A DNA stretch of 30,260 nt from a virus (Duplodnaviria; Caudoviricetes): IMG/VR virus record IMGVR_UViG_3300020264_000034, positions 1 through 30,260 of that record; one strand, 5' to 3'. Positions 1 to 6,733 of this stretch are shown one piece after another. A program made the position numbers and the translations under genes. How positions within the stretch are numbered: the stretch's first letter is position 1; each line of letters begins with the position of its first letter. The notes beneath the pieces were generated by a model that did not search any database, was not told the DNA's origin, and saw only the letters and a program-made list of their open reading frames with translations.

Positions 1-1
1 A

Positions 2-73
2 CTCCCCTTCCTGGGATCGAACCAGGGACCAATTGATTAACAGTCAATCGCTCTACCGCTGAGCTAAAGAGGA
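2..73 (-). tRNA. tRNA-Asn(GTT)
   Basis: Reverse complement TCCTCTTTAGCTCAGCGGTAGAGCGATTGACTGTTAATCAATTGGTCCCTGGTTCGATCCCAGGAAGGGGAG folds as a cloverleaf with anticodon GTT and a TTCGA T-loop. Confidence 0.97.
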
Positions 74-123
74 TTGAAGGAGGGCGCTGTTTCTAAAATA
101 CAGACCTTTTGTATTCCCTCCAA

Positions 124-196
124 TGGAGAATAGGAGACTCGAACTCCTGACCCCCTGCGTGCAAAGCAGGTGCTCTACCAACTGAGCTAATTCCCC
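124..196 (-). tRNA. tRNA-Ala(TGC)
   Basis: GGGGAATTAGCTCAG...TTTGCAC...TTCGAGTCTCCTATTCTCCA; has the G3:U70 alanine identity pair. Confidence 0.97.
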
Positions 197-202
197 TTGA
201 GA

Positions 203-322
203 ATAACCGCTACTCGTCAGCAGCGGTGGCATCGAGAAGGATCCCACTTCTCTCTCACATGGGTTGGATTTCCGATTCTTTTTTCTCTCGGAGATGTGAG
301 CACGGGTGTCGCCATCCCGTTT
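203..322 (-). ncRNA. Candidate structured non-coding RNA between tRNA-Thr and tRNA-Ala
   Basis: Helices 302-306/316-320, 254-260/294-300 enclosing 271-275/288-292, 234-239/247-252 and 206-214/219-227; a G-U pair forms only on the minus strand. Confidence 0.6.
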
Positions 323-323
323 A

Positions 324-397
324 AGCCAAACAACGGACTTGAACCGTTGACCTACGGTTTACAAAACCGTTGCTCTATCCAGCTGAGCTAGTTTGGC
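324..397 (-). tRNA. tRNA-Thr(TGT)
   Basis: GCCAAACTAGCTCAGCTGGATAGAGCAACGGTTTTGTAAACCGTAGGTCAACGGTTCAAGTCCGTTGTTTGGCT cloverleaf. Confidence 0.96.
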
Positions 398-578
398 GTT
401 TGAGTTGAAAGTATTTCTTATAGTATCTAGACTTGATTTCATCAATCACTTCTTGATCTTCAAAGAAACCCATGTATTTGAGGAGTTGGGATGACCCCTC
501 TAATTCACTGATCAATCTTAACACATTGACTGGTGTAACGTCAAGTCCTCCAGGAGTCCATTGAGTGTGATCATTCAT
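375..578 (-). CDS. Hypothetical cyanophage protein; 3' end overlaps tRNA-Thr
   Basis: ORF track 375..593; start moved to the ATG at 578, which forms an ATGA overlap with the upstream stop. Confidence 0.7.
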   Translation of the reverse strand: MNDHTQWTPGGLDVTPVNVLRLISELEGSSQLLKYMGFFEDQEVIDEIKSRYYKKYFQLKRQTSSAG

Positions 579-754
579 TGACGTAAAGGCCACGGACCAA
601 AGTAATCTTCTTTATCTAGTTCTAGATATTGATACAATGCAATGTGTAGGTGCCAATAACGAAGATACCAATCAGCAATCAGACCATACATCGGAAGTTC
701 GTGATAGTCATTTTCATTCTGATGAAGCATCCTGATCAATTCATCTTTATTCAT
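575..754 (-). CDS. Hypothetical protein (MNKDELIRML...)
   Basis: ORF track 575..799; start moved to the ATG at 754 just after tRNA-Leu; coupled to both neighbours. Confidence 0.65.
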   Translation of the reverse strand: MNKDELIRMLHQNENDYHELPMYGLIADWYLRYWHLHIALYQYLELDKEDYFGPWPLRQ

Positions 755-995
755 AGGTAGGAGAGGAGGGACTTGAACCCTCACGAAGTTTACCTTCAAC
801 AGATTTTAAGTCTGGTGCGTCTACCGATTCCGCCACACTCCCATCAGATTCCCAAGTAGGAGGATGAAAAGCACAATACTCATTGAATGTGATCTTCATC
901 TCCTTATCAGTAAGGTTAGCATTTCTTGCCGCTTTTGGCAAATTCCATTTGGCATGGAATAGCATTTCCATTGACTGTCGGGTTTCGGGTCTCAT
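747..995 (-). CDS. Hypothetical cyanophage protein whose frame reads through the whole of tRNA-Leu
   Basis: 82-aa ORF; protein-like N-terminal ~50 aa (LFHAKWNLPKAA..LTDKEMKITFNEYC); stop codon lies beyond the tRNA. Confidence 0.7.
   Translation of the reverse strand: MRPETRQSMEMLFHAKWNLPKAARNANLTDKEMKITFNEYCAFHPPTWESDGSVAESVDAPDLKSVEGKLREGSSPSSPTYE
758..842 (-). tRNA. tRNA-Leu(TAA)
   Basis: GGGAGTGTGGCGGAATCGGTAGACGCACCAGACTTAAAATCTG... with long variable arm and GGTTCAAGTCC T-arm. Confidence 0.96.
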
Positions 996-1067
996 AAAGT
1001 TGAATAGAGATGGTTGTAGCGAGGCGTCTAGGAGTTTGACAATTGCCTTGCCTCGCTGACTTATGTA

Positions 1068-1298
1068 TTATACATTCTCTTGGTCCATACTGTCAAGGAC
1101 TTGTTTTTGAAACTCTTCCACTTGCTCCTTGACTTCATCTGGAATAAGAGATTCCTGCTTGACGGGCACACACATTACTGCATCACCATTAGGACGCTCA
1201 ATACGCCAAACGATATTGTTTCGGTTGGCAACATCAATACAAAATTCCATGTAGTCATGAAACTCTTGCTCAGTAATTACGATTGGTTGATTGATCAT
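1068..1298 (-). CDS. Hypothetical protein, possible Phd/YefM antitoxin-like fold
   Basis: Pattern IVITEQEF..YMEFCID.ANR.NIVWRIER.NG.AVMCVP resembles the Phd/YefM N-terminal beta-alpha-alpha-beta-beta pattern; acidic tail. Confidence 0.5.
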   Translation of the reverse strand: MINQPIVITEQEFHDYMEFCIDVANRNNIVWRIERPNGDAVMCVPVKQESLIPDEVKEQVEEFQKQVLDSMDQENV

Positions 1299-1486
1299 GC
1301 TTCAGAAAAACAATAAGTGCGCTCATCGGGATTGGTGATGTCTTCAATAGTAGAGACAGTTTCAGCAAATCCTTCAGATCCTTCGCGATCCCATTTCCAA
1401 GTGACTGTCTTTACATCACCTTCACTAGACTCGATCTTGACTTCGCGCTTAGAGAAGTTGATGTAGACGTGCTGGAGGGTTTCCAT
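1295..1486 (-). CDS. Hypothetical acidic protein
   Basis: 63-aa ORF with AGGAG RBS and ATGA coupling to the next gene. Confidence 0.7.
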   Translation of the reverse strand: METLQHVYINFSKREVKIESSEGDVKTVTWKWDREGSEGFAETVSTIEDITNPDERTYCFSEA

Positions 1487-1509
1487 AGGACTCCTGTGTT
1501 GACCCTCTT

Positions 1510-1518
1510 ATTATAGCA
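1510..1518 (-). promoter_or_regulatory. Extended -10 sigma70-type promoter (TGCTATAAT)
   Basis: TGnTATAAT about 24 nt upstream of the ATG at 1486. Confidence 0.6.
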
Positions 1519-1521
1519 CAG

Positions 1522-4026
1522 TCAGTTGAGGAAGATGCTGGTTGCGGTCAGTTTCATAACTGCCCCTGCCGTGAGGGTCATGGCACCGCCTGCCTCCATG
1601 GTAGCAGCACCAGATGCAGTCATGGAGATCAAACCCGCTGCTACATTCACCTTAAAGGCACCAGCACCGACGTTAAACGCTGCGCCTGCCGCTGCCACGT
1701 TAGCAATAAATGGTCCAGGTGTTGTAATAGTAAATGGTGGTAAACCTCCAGTAATAGCAGGAGACTGGACAAATGTGATTGGTCCACCAACAGTGCAAGT
1801 ATAACCACCAAGTCCAACTGGTGTAGTCAGGTTTACATCCTGAGTGAGGGTTGATGTGGACATAGTGATAGCATTTCCTGCGTTAATAACATGCTCACCC
1901 CCAGAGAATGTAGACGTGCTGTATAAGTTCTCGTAACTACTACCACTCAACTTACAATCTCTAGCACCCAACTCAAAGTTAATGCAATTAATTTTAATTG
2001 CAGCACCACTAGTATTCAGATCAAGATCAGATCCAAAATTGATCGTATGCTTTTGAATAGTGCCTGCATCTTCTGCACCCTTTCCTTCGTTATCAACTGT
2101 CTTAGCAGCACCTTGAGCATTCATAAAGAAACCACCACCGACTTCAATATGGCAATCTCCAGTAATCTTCAAACGATAATCGCCATCGATGGTGATGCAA
2201 TTGTCTCCATCGATAGTTTTACAGTCATCACCATGCACTTCTTGTGTATGGTTTCCAGGGTAAGAAGTATGATCAGAGACAAAGTTTTCCTGATCATTTT
2301 CTGTGCCAGAACTCTTTTTCTTGTATTTCTTGACCTGCTCATCAATTTCTGCTTCAGTCAGATCTGGATTTTGCTCTCTAAATTCTTTCTTTGCTTTGAA
2401 ATCTGCGAGAGCACTGTTGTTAGACTTAATTGATGTGGTAGTTTTACCAGAAGAATCTTTCTTGATTGTTGCTTGTCTACCAGGAGTGCCGAATTGCAAT
2501 TCGTAAGCACCGTTGATAAAGTTTTTAGCAGTTGTTAGGTAGGGATCTGCTTCCTCAAAGAAAGAATCTAGGAATCCACCACCAGAGTCACCACCACAAT
2601 CACCATATCCACTACCTAAAGGAATCGCAGCAAGGGCAGCAGGAGTACAAGATGTGGTGCCAAAGAATGGATACCAACCGACATCATCTTTACCACCACT
2701 GGCCTCTCTATCACAACCAAAATCAAATAGACTCAAAAATAGAGTTAGAAGACCAGTAAGACCACCAATACCATTTTGCAATACATCCATTCCAGCAGAA
2801 AAAATCTGCGATCCAGATTGCCAAGCATCAATGATTTCTTTCGCTTGCTCACCAAGTTCTACAATACCCTTAACAGTATCAACAACACCCATGACTTGAC
2901 CAAGGATATCTTGGACTGTGCAAATGATAGAATCGATCATTGATTGCACACCTTGTAGTGCTGCTTCTGCCTGAGAAATTAATCCACCAACGATACCCTC
3001 AACAACACCAAGCAAACTACCAATTGCGCTATCAATATAACCAGAAAGATTACCATCTAGAGCACAGATAGCAGAAAGAATTGTTGAAATTGCAGTTTCA
3101 ATTGCAGTAAATGTTGCTCCAGGAATACCAAGGAATGATGCAATAGTTTCAGCAGGAAGTTGAATTGCCTGAGCAAGAGCATCTAATTCTTGTCTAAGTG
3201 CAGAAATAAGTTGAGCAAATACTGCACCAAGAAAGTTTTTGATTTTTCCTAGTAGTTTATCTGCAGATACAACTTTATTTTCAATTACATCAATGAAATT
3301 GCCATCATCACTTCTAATAAGAGTTCCAGCAGAAGAGGCAAGATCTTCAACAAGATATGTCAGTTTATATTCAAGCATCTTCCAGGGACCACCTGTGCCT
3401 GATGCTGCGGGAATTGGTTTGGATGGTGTTGTTGGTTTCTGCGAATTCATACTGGATCCGCTAACACCAGGAGCATTGCCAAGGTTTGCGGGAGATCCCG
3501 CAGATCCAGGTGTTACGCCATTATTAGGAAGAGAAACGCTATTATTATCTACAGGATCTGAGTTAGTAGGACTGATTGTATTTGTTGATCCTGTCGGCAT
3601 TTTTGCTGCGTTTGGAGCAATCCCGTCAGGCACATCCTGTCCAGTAAATAAAAATTGCTTATCGGTAGATTGCTCACCCTTTCTAGTACGCAATACACCC
3701 ATAACAACAGGCATTTGAGCATTCTCACCGTCAAGGAAAAATCCCATGACAATAGCGCCAGGTTGTAATTGACCTGAGGACTCACCTTGCCCATCATTTC
3801 CTGCTTGAGCAGTTGTCTGTAAAACAGTTGCCCAAGGAAGATCTTTGGTCGGGAGATTTGAAGTGCTCTGACCGTTAGGATCGGTGTAGTAATTCAATAC
3901 ACGCACCTTTACTCGACCAACGTTTAGAGGATCTTCATTATCTTCAACCTCTCCGACCCACCAATAGAATCCATCCTTCCCTACGAAGTTAGTATTCTGC
4001 TCATTAATAATACCGTCAACAGACAT
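1522..4026 (-). CDS. gp5: Baseplate hub/central spike protein (T4 gp5-like), no lysozyme domain evident
   Basis: N-terminal OB-fold motif FYWWVGEVEDNEDP..GRVKVR..LPWA..VMGFFLDGENAQMPVVMG; C-terminal beta-helix repeats (VHGDDCKTIDGDNCITIDGDYRLKITGD). Confidence 0.92.
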   Translation of the reverse strand: MSVDGIINEQNTNFVGKDGFYWWVGEVEDNEDPLNVGRVKVRVLNYYTDPNGQSTSNLPTKDLPWATVLQTTAQAGNDGQGESSGQLQPGAIVMGFFLDGENAQMPVVMGVLRTRKGEQSTDKQFLFTGQDVPDGIAPNAAKMPTGSTNTISPTNSDPVDNNSVSLPNNGVTPGSAGSPANLGNAPGVSGSSMNSQKPTTPSKPIPAASGTGGPWKMLEYKLTYLVEDLASSAGTLIRSDDGNFIDVIENKVVSADKLLGKIKNFLGAVFAQLISALRQELDALAQAIQLPAETIASFLGIPGATFTAIETAISTILSAICALDGNLSGYIDSAIGSLLGVVEGIVGGLISQAEAALQGVQSMIDSIICTVQDILGQVMGVVDTVKGIVELGEQAKEIIDAWQSGSQIFSAGMDVLQNGIGGLTGLLTLFLSLFDFGCDREASGGKDDVGWYPFFGTTSCTPAALAAIPLGSGYGDCGGDSGGGFLDSFFEEADPYLTTAKNFINGAYELQFGTPGRQATIKKDSSGKTTTSIKSNNSALADFKAKKEFREQNPDLTEAEIDEQVKKYKKKSSGTENDQENFVSDHTSYPGNHTQEVHGDDCKTIDGDNCITIDGDYRLKITGDCHIEVGGGFFMNAQGAAKTVDNEGKGAEDAGTIQKHTINFGSDLDLNTSGAAIKINCINFELGARDCKLSGSSYENLYSTSTFSGGEHVINAGNAITMSTSTLTQDVNLTTPVGLGGYTCTVGGPITFVQSPAITGGLPPFTITTPGPFIANVAAAGAAFNVGAGAFKVNVAAGLISMTASGAATMEAGGAMTLTAGAVMKLTATSIFLN

Positions 4027-4052
4027 TGATTTGTATATCTCCTAGTTGAATT

Positions 4053-4059
4053 TATTTAT
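4053..4059 (-). promoter_or_regulatory. T4-type late promoter (ATAAATA)
   Basis: Matches the TATAAATA-like late box upstream of the AGGAG RBS of gp5. Confidence 0.7.
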
Positions 4060-4604
4060 CGTTGTAGTCCAGCGTTGTATGCATCATAAGAATTCTGTCC
4101 CATGATGTTGAAAGATACAATTGTCCTTTCTTTTGTGCTCTTATTCATAGGACCCTCATGCAAAAGATATGATGGAAAGATAACCAAATCTCCCTCTTTT
4201 ACAAAGGGTTGATATTCCAAAAGATCTCCTGTTGCAGGATCATTAAATGGAGAATAAAACTTAGTTGCTTCATGACATGCAGGATCAAACTTTAAATACA
4301 ATACTGCAGAAAATCCTGTAGCACCATGCTGATGCACATTATGATAATCATATTGCCTAGCAGTTTCTGTCCAGGCATTTGTAATTACAACTGGACATGG
4401 ATACGATTGCTGAAAGTCTGCAACTTCTTCTTTAACACAGTCGCTCAACTCATCGAGATATGGCGGCACTGCCTGATCTCTCTGATATGACATGAAATCT
4501 GTATATTCTCCCGTTGGAATCTTATCTAACAACGGTTTCTTCTTCTCTTCCCAGTTACGGATAGAATAGTGCTTGAGATTTACTTGAAATATTGGGAATT
4601 CCAT
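4056..4604 (-). CDS. Putative 2OG-Fe(II) oxygenase (TIGR02466-like)
   Basis: W...HNVHQH...FSAVLYL...EGDLVIFPSYLLHE...RTIVSFN motif set; ATG at 4604. Confidence 0.85.
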   Translation of the reverse strand: MEFPIFQVNLKHYSIRNWEEKKKPLLDKIPTGEYTDFMSYQRDQAVPPYLDELSDCVKEEVADFQQSYPCPVVITNAWTETARQYDYHNVHQHGATGFSAVLYLKFDPACHEATKFYSPFNDPATGDLLEYQPFVKEGDLVIFPSYLLHEGPMNKSTKERTIVSFNIMGQNSYDAYNAGLQR

Positions 4605-4609
4605 AATCA

Positions 4610-4618
4610 ATTATAGCA
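4610..4618 (-). promoter_or_regulatory. Extended -10 promoter (TGCTATAAT) immediately before the oxygenase ATG
   Basis: TGnTATAAT ends 6 nt before the A of the ATG at 4604. Confidence 0.5.
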
Positions 4619-4620
4619 AA

Positions 4621-4692
4621 TGGGCGAAGAGGGGATCGAACCCCCGACCGACTCGGTGTAAACGAGTAGCTCTACCGCTGAGCTATTCGCCC
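4621..4692 (-). tRNA. tRNA-Val(TAC)
   Basis: GGGCGAATAGCTCAGCGGTAGAGCTACTCGTTTACACCGAGTCGGTCGGGGGTTCGATCCCCTCTTCGCCCA cloverleaf. Confidence 0.97.
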
Positions 4693-5142
4693 TCGTTTAA
4701 ATTTATACATCAGAGTCCCACCAAAAACTTTTTCGCCTTCGGCATTGTAACCCAGATCTCTACTATCTATACCGTCTCTAGTTAAGTGTATTTCAGGTAC
4801 GACAGTAACGTTTTCTCTGACGAAACACTGACCAGGATTTTTTAATTTTCCGTGCCAAGCATTGTCTTTGAATGTGAAGATCATATCACATCCTTCTTGT
4901 CTTGTCCAGTCTAAAGAATAATTTTCTACTATAACTTCAGTGTCAGATACTTCGACAATTTTATGGTAACGATGTCGATATGGATTGCCTGGTCCCTCTC
5001 TTCTGTAGTAATGTTTTGATTCGTATCCGCCATCAATCCTTTCCCACAGAAGACAAATTTGAGAGAATTCTGTGGGATGTGATTGTGCTTGGGATTTGTT
5101 ATCGTATAGACCTAAAAGGTAATTTTCAAAATTAGTCGTCAT
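4672..5142 (-). CDS. cpeT: CpcT/CpeT-family phycobiliprotein (bilin) lyase
   Basis: G.YDNKSQAQSHP, PYRHR, GCDMIF, DLGY...VFGG..YKFKR motifs typical of T-type lyases. Confidence 0.88.
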   Translation of the reverse strand: MTTNFENYLLGLYDNKSQAQSHPTEFSQICLLWERIDGGYESKHYYRREGPGNPYRHRYHKIVEVSDTEVIVENYSLDWTRQEGCDMIFTFKDNAWHGKLKNPGQCFVRENVTVVPEIHLTRDGIDSRDLGYNAEGEKVFGGTLMYKFKRGRIAQR

Positions 5143-5359
5143 AGACTAGACACTCAGGCTCGCTAGGATTCTGATCGCAGAATAGTTCTAGGTATGATGG
5201 ATCGTGATGATCGCCTGCTTCGATTTCTTTCTTATGGTGCTCAGCATATTCTTCTAATTCATGCAATTCGCCTTCAATGTGACGACGCATTTGTGGATTT
5301 GTTGTGGGATCTTGAAGGATTTCCTTGTCCTTCTCGATGTGTGCTTCGATGCTTTCCAT
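5132..5359 (-). CDS. cp12: CP12 Calvin-cycle inhibitor (phage type)
   Basis: C-terminal LELFCDQNPSEPECLVYDD signature. Confidence 0.95.
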   Translation of the reverse strand: MESIEAHIEKDKEILQDPTTNPQMRRHIEGELHELEEYAEHHKKEIEAGDHHDPSYLELFCDQNPSEPECLVYDD

Positions 5360-5377
5360 ATTGAGTACCTCCTGTTA

Positions 5378-6733
5378 CTATTTATCATTGTCGGGGATAG
5401 AATCCCTATAGAGGAGCATTTCGGTCGATAGGTGCTTACCATCAAACTTATGTCTGAGGCCAGCAATTATATATTTTCCGCTATACTTTCTATCCACAAC
5501 TATCTTATCATTTTTTGGTTTAGTTGCTGGAATCTTAATATCAACTCCATATCCAGAATATAGATCAACATTACCAGGAACAGTCACTAAAAGTTGTAAA
5601 TTTTTAAGAGACTGCACTCTTAAGTGTTGATATGCTTGCATTTCTGGAATTTCATTATATTGAGTATTTTCCCCATCTCCAGTATCAAAAATTCTATTTG
5701 GTAAGAAACTATATCTAATTCTCCTAGGTGTGAGAACCATAGTTTTTACACTTTCATCGAAAGATTCTACTGGATTTGATCCAGTCAAGTGGGACATCTT
5801 CTTCCAGGTATCTTGAATTGAATATTGATACTGCACATCAGAAGTCCTGTTTTCAACAGATACTTTTGAGTTGGGCACTACAGTAGGATCTAATCCAACA
5901 CTATGTCCTGCCCACGCACCATTTCTCAATCCTACTAGATAATTTCTTTCATTTGGGAATACAATACCTTCGATTTTTAAATCATCAGTGCCACCGTCAT
6001 CAGTCCTTTTAGGTTCGTATGAATAACCATACAGTTTTGCTGTGCCTGAAGATACATTTGTATCTTTATCAGTTTGACTGTTAACATCTTCAATCATTTT
6101 ATCAATTGATTTAAAATGATATCCCATTAGATTTTCCCAAAAGAGAAATCCATTCTGAGCATTTCCTGATGATCCCTCTCTAACAGATCTTTGACATATC
6201 CAATAGATCGTATCAAATGCTCGCCAATTAGTAGCAATAAAGTTGTGCCTATTTGCAGAATTTTCAATAAACTTCTTTTTATCTGTCCCTATAAAAGTTT
6301 TAAGAATATCCTTAACAATATCTTCAGCGGATGCATCTTTATCAAATATGTTGCTTGATGATCCAAAAAGATTAGTTGCCTCGTTTCTTAAAAATTCAAA
6401 ACTAACGCATTTAACAATATAGGATTCGGTATTACCCGATCTTGCTCTGCTTTCAATTGCATAAGCAAACATCGAGTATACTGCCTGACCATGCACTGTG
6501 TCAATCCTTATAACCCATTCCTCACTGCCAGTTAAAGTATTGACCAATCCTGCGCTATCTTGAAGGACAATCTCTGCTTGGATTGCAGAACTATCAATAC
6601 CTTCTTGGACAGTGCAAGCCATGACAAAATCTTCTAGATTTGTAGCACCATCGTTATTTTTTACATAAGATCCATCTCTCCTTAATTTTAAGGAAAAACT
6701 TACGTCGTTAGCGGTATCTCTTACAATTGACAT
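5378..6733 (-). CDS. Baseplate hub protein (gp27-like/phage late-control D-like)
   Basis: FLFWENLMGYHFKSID, VTVPGNVDLYSG and YSGKYIIAGLRH..LYRDS motifs; located in the baseplate module. Confidence 0.75.
   Translation of the reverse strand: MSIVRDTANDVSFSLKLRRDGSYVKNNDGATNLEDFVMACTVQEGIDSSAIQAEIVLQDSAGLVNTLTGSEEWVIRIDTVHGQAVYSMFAYAIESRARSGNTESYIVKCVSFEFLRNEATNLFGSSSNIFDKDASAEDIVKDILKTFIGTDKKKFIENSANRHNFIATNWRAFDTIYWICQRSVREGSSGNAQNGFLFWENLMGYHFKSIDKMIEDVNSQTDKDTNVSSGTAKLYGYSYEPKRTDDGGTDDLKIEGIVFPNERNYLVGLRNGAWAGHSVGLDPTVVPNSKVSVENRTSDVQYQYSIQDTWKKMSHLTGSNPVESFDESVKTMVLTPRRIRYSFLPNRIFDTGDGENTQYNEIPEMQAYQHLRVQSLKNLQLLVTVPGNVDLYSGYGVDIKIPATKPKNDKIVVDRKYSGKYIIAGLRHKFDGKHLSTEMLLYRDSIPDNDK
5379..5385 (-). 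promoter_or_regulatory. Late-type promoter (ATAAATA) upstream of cp12
   Basis: GATAAATAG overlapping the upstream stop, followed by an AGGAGG RBS. Confidence 0.55.

Noticed and set aside
206-275. Hammerhead ribozyme in the inter-tRNA RNA (minus strand has GAAA, AUCC/GGAU-C and CUGACGA in type II order)
   Set aside because: Stems I and II cannot form, and CUGACGA is better explained as part of the 9-bp P4 hairpin
53-391. ORFs 53..247 (-) and 197..391 (+)
   Set aside because: They overlap tRNAs and structured RNA and lack protein-like features
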